The notes under the pieces are model-generated. The model worked only from the letters and a program-made list of their open reading frames with translations, did no database searches and had not been told where the DNA came from. Positions 18,890 through 33,600 of a DNA stretch of 64,000 nt are shown piece by piece. The stretch comes from Acidobacteriota bacterium (GTDB lineage Bacteria > Acidobacteriota > UBA6911 > RPQK01 > JAJDTT01). Within the stretch, counting starts at the first letter, position 1. Every line of letters starts with the position of its first letter. A program made the translations under genes and the position numbers. Location: contig OZ253580.1 of assembly GCA_965263035.1 (NCBI GenBank), positions 2,432,001-2,496,000 on the forward strand, in the 5' to 3' direction.

Positions 18890-19744
18890 ATGCGACGACT
18901 GGTGCTTACGCTGCAGATGATCAAGTTCGAGCACACCGTCTTCGCCCTGCCCTTTGCTTTTCTGGGAGCCCTTCTGGCCCAGCGCGGGCTGCCCGGGGGC
19001 GAGACCTGTCTCTGGATCGTTGGAGCCATGGTGGGAGCGAGAAGCGCGGCCATGGCCTTCAATCGACTGGTGGACCGGCGCCAGGACCGGCTCAATCCCC
19101 GGACCGCCGGACGGGAGCTGCCACGGGGACTGCTGGAACCCGGTTTCGTCATCGGCTTCATTGTGGCGTCCGCGGGGCTCTTCTTCTTCTCGGCCTGGAG
19201 GTTGAATCCGCTCGCCCTGCTGCTGTCGCCGCCGGCCCTGGTCATCGTCCTGCTCTACAGCTATACGAAGAGGTTCACCTCGCTGTCCCACCTGTTCCTG
19301 GGCCTCTCCCTGGCCATCGCTCCGGTCGGGGGATGGGTGGCGGTGCGGGGTGAGCTGTCCGCAGGCCCATTCTACCTGGCGGCCGCCGTTCTGCTCTGGG
19401 TGGCCGGCTTCGACATCATCTATTCCTGCCAGGACGTGGACTTCGACCGCCGCCTGGGCCTGTACTCGATCCCGGGCCGCCTGGGAGTGGCCGCGGCCCT
19501 GAAGATCTCGCCGCTCCTCCACGCCGGGATGGTGGCCGTCCTGGGATACGCTTTTCACTCCTTCGATCTGGGCCTGTTGAGTTGGGCCAGTCTGATTCTG
19601 GTGACAGCCGCCCTGATCTACGAACATCGAATCGTCAGTCCTACCGACCTGAGCCGGGTCAACGCCGCGTTTTTTGCGGTCAACGGCGTTATCAGTCTAG
19701 GGCTGCTTCTGTTCGTAGGTCTGGATCTATGGCTGTTCCGGTAG
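18890..19744 (+). CDS. ubiA: UbiA-family polyprenyltransferase (MqnP-like)
   Basis: IKFEHTVFALPFA, AFNRLVDRRQDRLNPRT, YSYTKRFT and GFDIIYSCQD. Confidence 0.88.
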   Translation: MRRLVLTLQMIKFEHTVFALPFAFLGALLAQRGLPGGETCLWIVGAMVGARSAAMAFNRLVDRRQDRLNPRTAGRELPRGLLEPGFVIGFIVASAGLFFFSAWRLNPLALLLSPPALVIVLLYSYTKRFTSLSHLFLGLSLAIAPVGGWVAVRGELSAGPFYLAAAVLLWVAGFDIIYSCQDVDFDRRLGLYSIPGRLGVAAALKISPLLHAGMVAVLGYAFHSFDLGLLSWASLILVTAALIYEHRIVSPTDLSRVNAAFFAVNGVISLGLLLFVGLDLWLFR

Positions 19745-20994
19745 ACGAATCTCCGACCCTGGCCTTGGACCTCTCGACCCGGACCCGGCCGGGAGAAACT
19801 TCTCTCCCGCCGGATGGGCGGGAGCCTGTGGTCCGCATGGTGGACCTCATCGTCTTCGACGCCATCGGCAAGAGAGCCAGCGACATTCATCTGGAGACCT
19901 ACGACGGGGAGTTCCGGATCCGCTACCGGATCGACGGGGTCCTCTATCCGGTCGCCGCGCCGCCCCTGGCCCTTCGGGATGCCCTCATTTCCCGAGTCAA
20001 GATCCTGGGCGATCTGGACATCGGCGAACGGCGGCTTCCCCAGGACGGCCGAATCCGGATGAAGGTTCCGCAGTCCGGAGAGGACCGTGAGATCGATCTC
20101 CGCGTCTCCTCCCTCCCCACCATTTTCGGAGAAAAGCTGGCATTGAGGATCCTGGACCGGGAGCACCTCCCGCGGAGCCTGTCCGAACTCGGGCTGGAGG
20201 AGGTCTCCCTCGAGCGGCTGAGGAGAGCCCTGCGGAGATCCCATGGAATCGTGCTGGCCACCGGCCCCACCGGTAGCGGCAAGACCAGCACCCTCTACAC
20301 CTGCTTGTCCCGGCTCAACCACCCCGGAACGAACATCAATACCGTGGAGGACCCGGTGGAGTTCAACCTCTCGGGGATCAACCAGGTCCAGACCAAGGAC
20401 TCGGTGGGTCTGAGCTTCGCCACAGCACTCCGGGCTCTGCTGCGCCAAGACCCGGATGTCCTTATGGTGGGGGAGATCCGGGACCGGGAAACCGCGGAGA
20501 TCGCCATTCGCGCCGCCATCACCGGACACTTGGTGTTGAGCACCCTGCATACGAACGACGCCGCATCGACGGTGGGCCGGCTGCTGGACATGGGGATTCC
20601 TCCGTTCCTCATCGCCAGTTCGGTGAACCTGGTGTGTGCCCAACGGCTGGTGAGGAGGCTGTGCGGGGAATGCAAGGAGCCTAACCGGGCCCCGGTTCCG
20701 ATCCCGGAACCGGCCGGAACCGGGACCGACCCGATCCTCAAGATCTCCCGCTTCGACGCCCGGGGTTGCCCCGCCTGTCACGGCACGGGCTATCGAGGGA
20801 GGATCGGACTGTTCGAAACCATGGAGGTGACCGAGACCATCCAGCAACTGATCCTCCAGGGTGCCGACGACGCCAGGATCCGGAAACAGGCGGTCAGCGA
20901 GGGGATGGTCACCCTGCGGGGCAGCGGACTGGAGAAGATTCGTTCCGGCGTCAGCACCGTGGAGGAGGTGCTGAAGGCCACGCACCTCGCTTGA
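19729..20994 (+). CDS. pilB: Type IV pilus assembly ATPase, PilB/GspE-like (lacks the N-terminal domain)
   Basis: ASDIHLE, ERRLPQDGR, GPTGSGKT, LRQDPD, TGHLVLSTLHTN and CxxC tetracysteine motifs. Confidence 0.85.
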   Translation: MAVPVDESPTLALDLSTRTRPGETSLPPDGREPVVRMVDLIVFDAIGKRASDIHLETYDGEFRIRYRIDGVLYPVAAPPLALRDALISRVKILGDLDIGERRLPQDGRIRMKVPQSGEDREIDLRVSSLPTIFGEKLALRILDREHLPRSLSELGLEEVSLERLRRALRRSHGIVLATGPTGSGKTSTLYTCLSRLNHPGTNINTVEDPVEFNLSGINQVQTKDSVGLSFATALRALLRQDPDVLMVGEIRDRETAEIAIRAAITGHLVLSTLHTNDAASTVGRLLDMGIPPFLIASSVNLVCAQRLVRRLCGECKEPNRAPVPIPEPAGTGTDPILKISRFDARGCPACHGTGYRGRIGLFETMEVTETIQQLILQGADDARIRKQAVSEGMVTLRGSGLEKIRSGVSTVEEVLKATHLA

Positions 20995-21005
20995 CCCGGT
21001 GAGTA

Positions 21006-22094
21006 ATGGAGGTTGAACAGACGCGTCCCACGGGACAGATCCTGAAGCTGTTGCGGCTGGCCCACGACTCCGGCGCCAGCGACCTGCATCTCATTCCCGA
21101 TTCCGTACCCTGCCTGCGTGTCCACGGCCGGCTCGTGGCCGCGAACCATCTCCGGCTGAACCTGGAAGAGACTCGGCACTTGGCCTACGGCATCATGTCC
21201 GACCGGCAAAGGGCCCGCTACGAGCGTCTCCGGGAGATCGACTTCAGCTTCGAGGTGGAGGGCCTGTCCCGATTCCGCGCCAACGTCTTCACCCGCCGTG
21301 GAAAGACGGCGGCAGTCGTACGTCTCATCCCGCTTCAGGTCAAACGCCTGGAGGAGTTGGGACTGCCGGCGGTGGTGGATGGTCTGGCCGTCCGGCCCCG
21401 CGGCCTGGTCCTGGTCGCCGGCTCCTCGGGCAGCGGCAAGTCGACCACGCTGGCGGCTCTCATCGACCGGATCAATCGAACCCAGGCCAAACACATCATC
21501 ACCATCGAGGACCCCATCGAGTTCGTGCACCACAACCACATGAGCGTCGTCAGCCAGAGGGAGGTGCCGGGGGATTCCTCCTCGTTTGCGTCGGCGCTCC
21601 GCATGGCCCTGCGGCAGGACCCCGATGTGGTCCTGGTGGGGGAGATGAGGGATACCGAGACCATCGAGACCACTCTCCGGCTGGCGGAAACGGGGCATCT
21701 GACCCTTTCCACCCTCCACACCCGATCGGCCCCCGACACCATCGGGAGAATTCTGGACATGTTCCCTGGCGATCAGCAGGGCCGGATCCAGTCCCTTCTC
21801 TCCTCGGTCCTGGAGGGAATCGTCTGTCAGGCCCTGATCCCGTGCCGGAAGGAGCCGGGGCGGGTCGTGGCCGCGGAAGTCCTGATTCCCAACCCGGCCA
21901 TCCGGAACCTGATCCGCGAGCAAAAGCTCCACCAGATCCGCTCGGCCATGCAGACAGGCCAGGCCGGAAGCGGGATGTGCACCCTGAATCAGAGCCTGGC
22001 CAGGCTCTTCCTCGCCGGCCGGATCTCCTACGAGACCTGCCTGGAGGTCTCGCAGGACGCTGCCGACCTGCGGCGGTGCCTGGATCGGCCGTAG
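21006..22094 (+). CDS. pilT: Type IV pilus retraction ATPase
   Basis: GSSGSGKST, TIEDPIEF, ETGHL and the AIRNLIRE signature. Confidence 0.92.
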   Translation: MEVEQTRPTGQILKLLRLAHDSGASDLHLIPDSVPCLRVHGRLVAANHLRLNLEETRHLAYGIMSDRQRARYERLREIDFSFEVEGLSRFRANVFTRRGKTAAVVRLIPLQVKRLEELGLPAVVDGLAVRPRGLVLVAGSSGSGKSTTLAALIDRINRTQAKHIITIEDPIEFVHHNHMSVVSQREVPGDSSSFASALRMALRQDPDVVLVGEMRDTETIETTLRLAETGHLTLSTLHTRSAPDTIGRILDMFPGDQQGRIQSLLSSVLEGIVCQALIPCRKEPGRVVAAEVLIPNPAIRNLIREQKLHQIRSAMQTGQAGSGMCTLNQSLARLFLAGRISYETCLEVSQDAADLRRCLDRP

Positions 22095-22145
22095 GGCCGC
22101 CCCTCCGGTTCACTGTTTTCCAACCCCCAATCGTTACCAATATCA

Positions 22146-23246
22146 GTGGACACTCCGAACGAGCGGGAATGGCGTCCCCGCCGTATTGCTCAGGCTCGAA
22201 TCGGAAGGATCTCGACCCGGCAGCTGGCCCTGTTCACGCGGCAACTGTCGGTGATGCTGGGGGCGGGCGTCTCGCTGGTGTCGGCCCTGCAGAACCTGGC
22301 GCAACAGGAGGAGAACCGCGCCCTGGGCACCACCCTGCGCCAAGTCCGTTACGACGTGGAATCGGGGTCCACGCTGGCTGCGGCGCTGGAACGCCATCCC
22401 CGTGTCTTCGATCCCCTATTCGTCAACCTGGTCCGGGCGGGAGAGACGGGTGGATTTCTGGACACCGTGTTCAAGCGTCTCACCCGATTCTTGGAAAAGA
22501 GGCTCCAGTGGCGCAAGGCGGTGCTCTCGGCCTCTCTCTATCCGGCGGTCGTCATCATGACTTCGTTCATGGTCGTGGGCGTCATCCTGGTCTGGGTGAT
22601 TCCGGTCTTCGCATCCCTCTTCGCCAACCTGGACCTCCCCCTCCCATTGCCGACGCGGATGGTCATGGGAGCCAGCGGGTTCCTGAGCCGGTGGGGAGTG
22701 CCCCTGAGCCTGGGGGCGGGGACGGCGGCCCTGGCGGGTGGATTCTACTTTCGAACGGCCAAGGGGCGGAGGTGGGTGGATCGATTCATCCTGGCGGCCC
22801 CGCTGTTGGGCCCGGTGACGACCCAACTCCTGACGGCCCGTTTCGCACGGACCTTTTCCACCCTCCTTTCCAGCGGAGTCCCCATCCTGGAAGCCATGGA
22901 CCTGACGGCGCGGGCTCTGGGGAACGTGCGGTTTCAAGAAACGGTGCTGGCGCTCCGGAGTAAGGTCGAGTCGGGGAGCACCTTGGCGGAACCATTCCGG
23001 CACAGCGGCCTCTTTCCCCAGATGGCGTCGGAAATCATTCGGATCGGCGAGTTGACGGGCACGCTGGACGACATGCTTCTGAAACTGGCCGTCTACTACG
23101 AGGAGGAAGCGGACACCAGCATAAACCGGTTTCTGGCGCTCCTGGAACCCATGATGATGTTGGTTCTGGGTATCGTCGTCGGCGGCATGGTGCTTTCCAT
23201 GTATATGCCCATCTTCAGCCTCATGGGGCGGCTTTCCAGCTTCTGA
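22146..23246 (+). CDS. pilC: Type IV pilus platform protein, PilC/GspF
   Basis: FTRQLSVML, AGETGG, GELTGTLD and LLEP...MYMPIF. Confidence 0.9.
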   Translation: MDTPNEREWRPRRIAQARIGRISTRQLALFTRQLSVMLGAGVSLVSALQNLAQQEENRALGTTLRQVRYDVESGSTLAAALERHPRVFDPLFVNLVRAGETGGFLDTVFKRLTRFLEKRLQWRKAVLSASLYPAVVIMTSFMVVGVILVWVIPVFASLFANLDLPLPLPTRMVMGASGFLSRWGVPLSLGAGTAALAGGFYFRTAKGRRWVDRFILAAPLLGPVTTQLLTARFARTFSTLLSSGVPILEAMDLTARALGNVRFQETVLALRSKVESGSTLAEPFRHSGLFPQMASEIIRIGELTGTLDDMLLKLAVYYEEEADTSINRFLALLEPMMMLVLGIVVGGMVLSMYMPIFSLMGRLSSF

Positions 23247-23423
23247 GGAACCCGGAGCCGGAATCGGAAATTCTTCTCATGGATACGCGGGCGGGGACGT
23301 TTCATACTATGCAAGGACGAGACAGCAAGCGAGGATGAAATAATCATGCTCCAACGAACCAAGGTCTTTCCGGTGTCCGACTGCGGAGCCCGGATCCGAA
23401 AAGAGTCCGGCAGCTCTGCCTCG

Positions 23424-23909
23424 ATGCCCTCTCACTCTCCCCAGAACGGAGCTGCCGGATTCTCTCTGATCGAACTCATGATCGTGGTGGCCATCATCGG
23501 GATCATCTCCATTCTGGCGGTTCCCAATTTCATGCGTTCCCGGCTCTTCGCCAACGAAACTTCGGCCATCGCCTCGCTCCGGGTCACCGTCACGAGCGAG
23601 ATCACCTATGCCTCCACCGTGGGGAACGGATCCTTCGGTAGTACAGAGGACTTGTTGGACAACGGGCTGATCGATGCGGCGCTGGGGTCCGGCACCAAGG
23701 ACGGCTACAACCTGAGCCTGACGGCGGACGGAGCCAGTGGATTCACGGTCACCGCCGTTCCCGTCACGGCGGGCACCACCGGACAGCGGGGATTCTATGC
23801 CGATCAGACCGGGGTGATCCGGTACAGCGAGGACGGATCGGCGCCGACCGCGGCCAGTCCCGCATTGGGCACCGAGAGCGCGAAGGAAGAAGAAACGGAC
23901 GGAGATTAA
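23424..23909 (+). CDS. Type IV pilin / prepilin
   Basis: Class III signal G|FSLIELMIVVAIIGII; start uncertain (23346 or 23424). Confidence 0.88.
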   Translation: MPSHSPQNGAAGFSLIELMIVVAIIGIISILAVPNFMRSRLFANETSAIASLRVTVTSEITYASTVGNGSFGSTEDLLDNGLIDAALGSGTKDGYNLSLTADGASGFTVTAVPVTAGTTGQRGFYADQTGVIRYSEDGSAPTAASPALGTESAKEEETDGD

Positions 23910-23915
23910 GGATGG

Positions 23916-24545
23916 ATCGGGTCGAGTGCAGGGGATTGCGCCCCTGCACCCTCCCACACCACCGGACGTACCGTTTTCAGTATCCGGCGGTTGGAGTCAC
24001 TCGAGGCTCTTTCGAGCCTCGTAAAGGGCCTTTCTTTCCGGTTTTCGCCGCCGCTGGGACTTGATCTCCGCCCTTCCGGCTTGACGGGTTCCACCCTTGG
24101 GCCTTCCGTGCCGGGTCCGAGGGGCCTCCCCCCGCCCCGTTTCCGGAGGTAGTTGCGATCCCGCTGACGAGTCCACCATAGGGCCCGTCCGACTCCTTCG
24201 GTCCTTCGCTCCACCGGCATTATCCGGCTTCTTCGCTACTATGACCTCTGCTGACTTCTCAAAGGCTCTCACCCTTGAGATCTCCCCGAGTAAGGTGCTG
24301 CATCTTTCCCCCCGGGCCGCCCGGCTCTACCTGGTACGTCTGGATGGGGTTCGGGTTTCGCTGTTGCTCGCCAGCTCACCGCCCGCACCCGGCCTCGCTG
24401 CCGGTTCGTGTTCCTGCGGTCGTGGGTTTGCCTTCCGCTTCCTTCAGCTTCACCTCGCGGCTACGCCTTGCGGTTCGGCTAGGGTTGGTCCCATCACCTC
24501 CCTTGGGATCTTTCATCCCTTAGATACAGCCCATGTCGGGCGCAC
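23916..24545 (-). mobile_element. ORF-less group IIC intron, family B, copy B2
   Basis: Reverse complement appears identical to B1 (630 nt); 5' exon ends GGCGACAAGAAAGTCGCCGCTC. Confidence 0.92.
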
Positions 24546-24678
24546 GAGCGGCGACTTTCTTGTCGCCGACCAGGGGGGCAGGGGGGACGGAGTCCCCACT
24601 TTACACTTTCCGGCCTCTACACTTCCCGCCCACTGAATCGCCTAACAACACAAAAGAGCAGGCGGCAAGAAAGCCGCC
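24546..24678. repeat. Composite REP module between intron B2 and IS110-A
   Basis: REP unit, GGGGACGGAGTCCCC hairpin, linker and a REP unit interrupted by IS110-A. Confidence 0.85.
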
Positions 24679-24699
24679 TGTACCCTTCTCAAGTAGTCT

Positions 24700-24880
24700 T
24701 TAGGGAACTTCACCCATGGTGGGTGAAGAGGGCCAACCGGCCGGGAGCTACCATAAAGCCGCAGCGCTCTCAGAGCACCTGGAGGGGACTCGTGCCCCGG
24801 CCGGTAGCCGCGATGGAGAACCTGTGGGAAGTCAGTGTCCAAGAACACCAGTACAGGAACCGATCCGAATCGCGGCGGCC
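24700..24880 (+). ncRNA. Predicted bridge RNA of IS110-A (ends approximate)
   Basis: AAAGCCGC (24755-62) = left target; CTGGAGGGG (24779-87) = reverse complement of right target; GTGGGAAGTC (24824-33) = left donor; GTACAGG (24851-57) = reverse complement of right donor. Confidence 0.85.
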
Positions 24881-24911
24881 CGACGTCCATTTAATCACTA
24901 GGAGGTTCGGG

Positions 24912-26159
24912 ATGAAACCAAGTCAATGGTTTGTGGGGGTCGATTGGGCGTCCCAGGCGCACCAAGTCTGCGTCGTGGATGAGCGAGGCACCTGTCAGGG
25001 ACAGCGCAGCTTCCCGCACAGCGGTTCGGGCCTGGCCCAGATGGCCGACTGGATCCTGCAGCAGACGGGGACGAGAGCGGAGGCCGTCTCGGTGGCGATT
25101 GAAGTGCCGCACGGTCCGGTGGTGGAGTTTTTGATGGGGCGATGCTTTGTCGTGTATGCCATCAATCCGAAGCAGCTGGATCGATTCCGCGACCGCTTCT
25201 CGCCGGCAGGCGCCAAGGATGACCGCCGCGATGCCCGAGTGCTGGCCGACGCGATCCGAACCGACGGCCATCGCTGGCAACGGCTGGAACCGGTCGATTC
25301 TGAAATGATCCAGCTGCGCGAGTTCTCAAGACTGGGTGCGCAGTTGACCCGCGATCGGACCCGGCTTCTCAACCGCCTGCGCCAACAACTCTGGCGCTAC
25401 TATCCGCAGTTCCTACACCTGAGCAAGGATCTCGCCGAGCCCTGGGTGATGGAAGTGTGGAAGCTGGCCCCGACACCGGATGCGGCCCGGAAGCTGCGCC
25501 CGAGCCGGGTCGCCAAGGTGTTGAAAAAGCATCGGATCCGGCGTATCGACGCCCCAGAGGTCCTGCGTCGCTTGCGGGTACGCTCCCTCCCGGTCGCCCC
25601 GGGCACCACCCAGGCGGTGAGGGTCCACATCGAAAGTCTCGGTGAGCGCCTGGCCGTGGTGCGGAACCAACTCCGGGACATCTCTCGTGAGCTCGACCGT
25701 TTGATCCGGGCTTGGGAGAAGCGGTGCGAGTCGACGCCGGGGCCCCAAGGACCGTGCCGGGACGTGGCGATCCTCGCCTCCCTGCCCGGCGTCGGCCGAA
25801 TCGTCCTGGCCACCCTGCTCTCGGAAGCCTTCGATGCGATCCGGCGCCGAGATTACGCCGCTTTGCGATGTCTGTGCGGGGTGGCCCCCGTGACCCGGAG
25901 TTCCGGCAAATACACCCGTGTCGTGCGCCGCCAAGCCGTTCATCCTCGTCTGCGGGAAGCGGCCTATCATTGGTCGCGCGTGGCCACGCAACACGACCCC
26001 ATCAGCCGAGCCAAGTACGCTGCCCTGCGGGAGCGCGGCCACGGCCATGCCCGGGCCCTGCGGTCCGTTGCCGATCGCCTGCTGGCGGTGGCCTGCGCCA
26101 TGTTGCGAGACCAGACGGAATACGATGCGAATCATGCAAGACAGCGCCGGGCTGCTTGA
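24912..26159 (+). CDS. IS110-family transposase/recombinase (DEDD)
   Basis: VGVDWA, AIE, KDDRRDA, SLPGVG and GVAPVTRSSG motifs; GGAGG RBS. Confidence 0.93.
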   Translation: MKPSQWFVGVDWASQAHQVCVVDERGTCQGQRSFPHSGSGLAQMADWILQQTGTRAEAVSVAIEVPHGPVVEFLMGRCFVVYAINPKQLDRFRDRFSPAGAKDDRRDARVLADAIRTDGHRWQRLEPVDSEMIQLREFSRLGAQLTRDRTRLLNRLRQQLWRYYPQFLHLSKDLAEPWVMEVWKLAPTPDAARKLRPSRVAKVLKKHRIRRIDAPEVLRRLRVRSLPVAPGTTQAVRVHIESLGERLAVVRNQLRDISRELDRLIRAWEKRCESTPGPQGPCRDVAILASLPGVGRIVLATLLSEAFDAIRRRDYAALRCLCGVAPVTRSSGKYTRVVRRQAVHPRLREAAYHWSRVATQHDPISRAKYAALRERGHGHARALRSVADRLLAVACAMLRDQTEYDANHARQRRAA

Positions 26160-26405
26160 TCCGGATCTGGACCGAGGGACGTTGTAGGCTCCACCCCGGC
26201 GCGGTCGCACCAGAAGCTCAAGAGCGACATCCATCCGGGCGACCATGGACTGGACCCGGGGATCGCTTCAGGAGGTCAATGGGAACCACCGTGCCAGAGA
26301 GGACCCCCAGGGGGAGGCCCGGCGAAGGAAGCGTAGCGACCGCAACGGGGCCTCCCCCTGGGGGTCAAATCCCGCTTGACAAAGGGTGGGAAGTCCCCTC
26401 CAGCG

Positions 26406-30623
<4,218 letters not shown>

Positions 30624-30681
30624 GGCTTTCCTCCCAAACAGTGTCAGCGAACGCCTACGGGGACCCTCAGGCGTCCATCGG

Positions 30682-33600
30682 CTACGTCGCGGGAGCCTCC
30701 TCCGGCTCCGGCGCTTCGGTCACTATGGATTCCACGCCCTCCCGGCTCTCGGGCCGGCGGCGAAACCTCTTGCGGGGCTGCTCCACCAGCTCCACGTCCA
30801 GACCCAGGGACTGAAGTTCCCGAATCAGAACGTTGAACGATTCGGGAATTCCAGGAGTGTAGTTGGACTCACCCTTGACGATGGCCTCGTAGATCTTGGC
30901 CCGTCCATGGACGTCGTCCGACTTGGCGGTGAGAAGCTCCTGGAGAATGTGGGCCGCTCCGTAGCCTTCCAGGGCCCAGACCTCCATTTCGCCGAACCGC
31001 TGTCCTCCGAACTGGGCCTTGCCGCCCAGGGGCTGTTGAGTGATCAGACTGTAGGGGCCGATGGAACGGGCGTGGATCTTGTCGTCCACCAGGTGGCTCA
31101 GCTTGTTCATGTAGATGTAGCCGACCATCACCTTCTGGTCGAAGGGCTTGCCGGTCATTCCATCGTAGAGGAACGACTTGCCGTCTTCGGGGAGATTCGC
31201 CTTGCGAAGCTCGAACCGAATCTCCTCCTCCTTGGCCCCGTCGAATACGGGCGTGGCGTATTTCACCCCCAGCGATTTGGCCGCCCAACCCAGATGACTC
31301 TCGAGGATCTGCCCCACGTTCATCCGGGAGGGAACTCCCAACGGGTTCAGCAGAATCTCGACCGGAGTCCCATCGGGCAGATAGGGCATGTCCTCCTCGG
31401 GGGTGATGCGAGCGATGACTCCCTTGTTGCCGTGCCTTCCGGCCATCTTGTCGCCCACCGAGAGCTTCCGCTTCATGGCCACGTACACCTTCACCATTTT
31501 GATGACACCGGGCGCCAGTTCGTCCCCCTTCTCGATCCGGCCCAGCCGCTCCTCATGAAGGGAACGCAGGATCTTGATCTGCTTCTCCGTCTTCCGGAAC
31601 AGGCCGGAGAGTTCCTTCAGCAGCTTCGAATCGTCGGGAACCACCTCGGCCAGCTCGCGGTACGGGAGATGCTTCAACTGATCCCGCGAGACCTGGTCGC
31701 CCTTGCCGGCCACCACCTCTCCCTGAAGGTCGATGAGGTCTTCCGCCAGCGTGGCGCCGGACACCAGATCCGACATGGTCTTTGCGGCCTCTTCGCGGAT
31801 GATCCGGATCTCGTCTTCCCGGTCCTTGCCCAGGCGGGCTATCTCTTCAATCTCGATCTGCTGGCTCCTGAGATCCTTGGGCACGCCCTTGCGGGCGAAT
31901 ATCTTCACTCCGACCACCGTTCCTTCGATGCCCGGGGGGGCATAGAGGGACGCGTCCTTCACCTCGCCCGCCTTCTCGCCGAAGATGGCTCTCAAGAGCT
32001 TCTCCTCGGGCGTGAGCTGGGTCTCTCCCTTGGGAGTCACCTTCCCGACCATGATGTCGCCGGGCCGGATCTTGGCTCCGATACGGACGATCCCGCTCTC
32101 GTCCAAGTCCGCCAGGATCGACTCGCTCACGTTGGGAATGTCCCGAGTGATGTCCTCAGGACCCAATTTGGTGTCCCGGGACTCGATATCCAGCTCTTCG
32201 ATGTGGACGGAGGTGTAGATGTCCTCCTTGACCAGCCTCTCGCTGACCAGAATGGCGTCTTCGAAGTTGTAGCCCCGCCAGGGCATGAACGCCGCCAGGA
32301 CGTTTCGTCCCAGCGCCAGCTCCCCCTGGTCGGTGCAGGGTCCGTCCACCAGGATCTGACCCTTCCGGACCCGCTGTCCGATACGAACCAACGGCTTCTG
32401 GTTGATGCAGGTGTTCTGGTTGGACCGGGCGAACTTGACCAGCTTGTAGATGTCGACACCAGCTCCCCGGCTCTCATCCACGTCCTGGCTGGTGACCCGC
32501 ACGATGATTCGCTCGGCATCGACGCCGTCCACGATTCCGTCGCGCCGGCACAGGATGACGGCCCCCGAATCGCGGGCGGCGATGCGCTCCATACCGGTGC
32601 CCACGAGCGGCGCCTCGGCCCGAACCAAGGGGACCGCCTGCCGCTGCATGTTGGCGCCCATCAGGGCCCGGTTGGCATCGTCGTGCTCCAGAAAGGGGAC
32701 CAGGCTGGCCGCCACGCTGACCAACTGCTTGGGGCTGACGTCCACGTACTGGACCTCTTCCTTGGGAACGAAAACGAAGTTCCCCTCGTGGCGGGCGCTC
32801 ACCCGGTCCCGGATCAGCCGGCCCTGATCGTCCACCTCCACGTTGGCCTGCGCCGTGACGTGCTTGTCGCCTTGCCAGGCGGTGAGGTAGAAGGCGTACG
32901 GCTCGTACCGGACCGGCCGTTTCGCGCGGCCGCTCAACACCTTGTTGGTCTGCAGCACGTCCTCGTCCGGGTAGGCTTCGCCGATCTTGAACTCGCTGTC
33001 CCCCGAATCGCTGATCCGGACGTAGTCCACGATCCGGCTGTCCACGACCTTCCGGTAGGGGGACTCGATGAAGCCGAACTGGTCGATACGGGCGTAGCAG
33101 CTCAAGGAGGAGATCAGCCCGATGTTGGGCCCCTCCGGTGTTTCCACCGGACAGATCCGGCCGTAGTGGGACGGGTGGACGTCGCGCACCTCGAACCCCG
33201 CCCGCTCACGGCTGAGGCCGCCGGGGCCGAGGGCGGAGAGCCGCCGCTTGTGCGTGATCTCCGAAAGGGGGTTGGTCTGATCCATGAACTGGGAGAGCTG
33301 GCTGCTGCCGAAAAACTCCCGGATGGAGGCCGTCACCGGCTTGGCATTGATCAGGTCATGGGGCATGGCCGTGGTCATCTCCTGATGCACGGACATCTTT
33401 TCCTTGATGGCCCGCTCCATGCGCACCAGACCGATGCGGAACTGATTCTCCAGGAGCTCGCCCACGGCTCTGACCCGGCGGTTGCCCAGATGATCGATGT
33501 CGTCGGCAACTCCCAGGTTGTTCAGCAGCCTCATCAGGTAGTCGATGATCTGGCAGAAGTCGCTGGTGGAGAGGGTCCGCTCCTCGAGGGATATGTCCTG

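Larger units (their letters stand above)
24679..26396 (+). mobile_element. IS110-family element A inserted in a REP (CC core)
   Basis: Flanks AAGAAAGCCG-CC and CC-CCTCCAG rejoin to a REP; TTGACA at the right end and TACCCT at the left end give a 17-bp-spaced junction promoter. Confidence 0.9.

Noticed and set aside
18604-19245. N-terminal extension of hydantoinase B to 753 aa
   Set aside because: It reads through REP repeats and antisense ubiA; homology starts near 18603.
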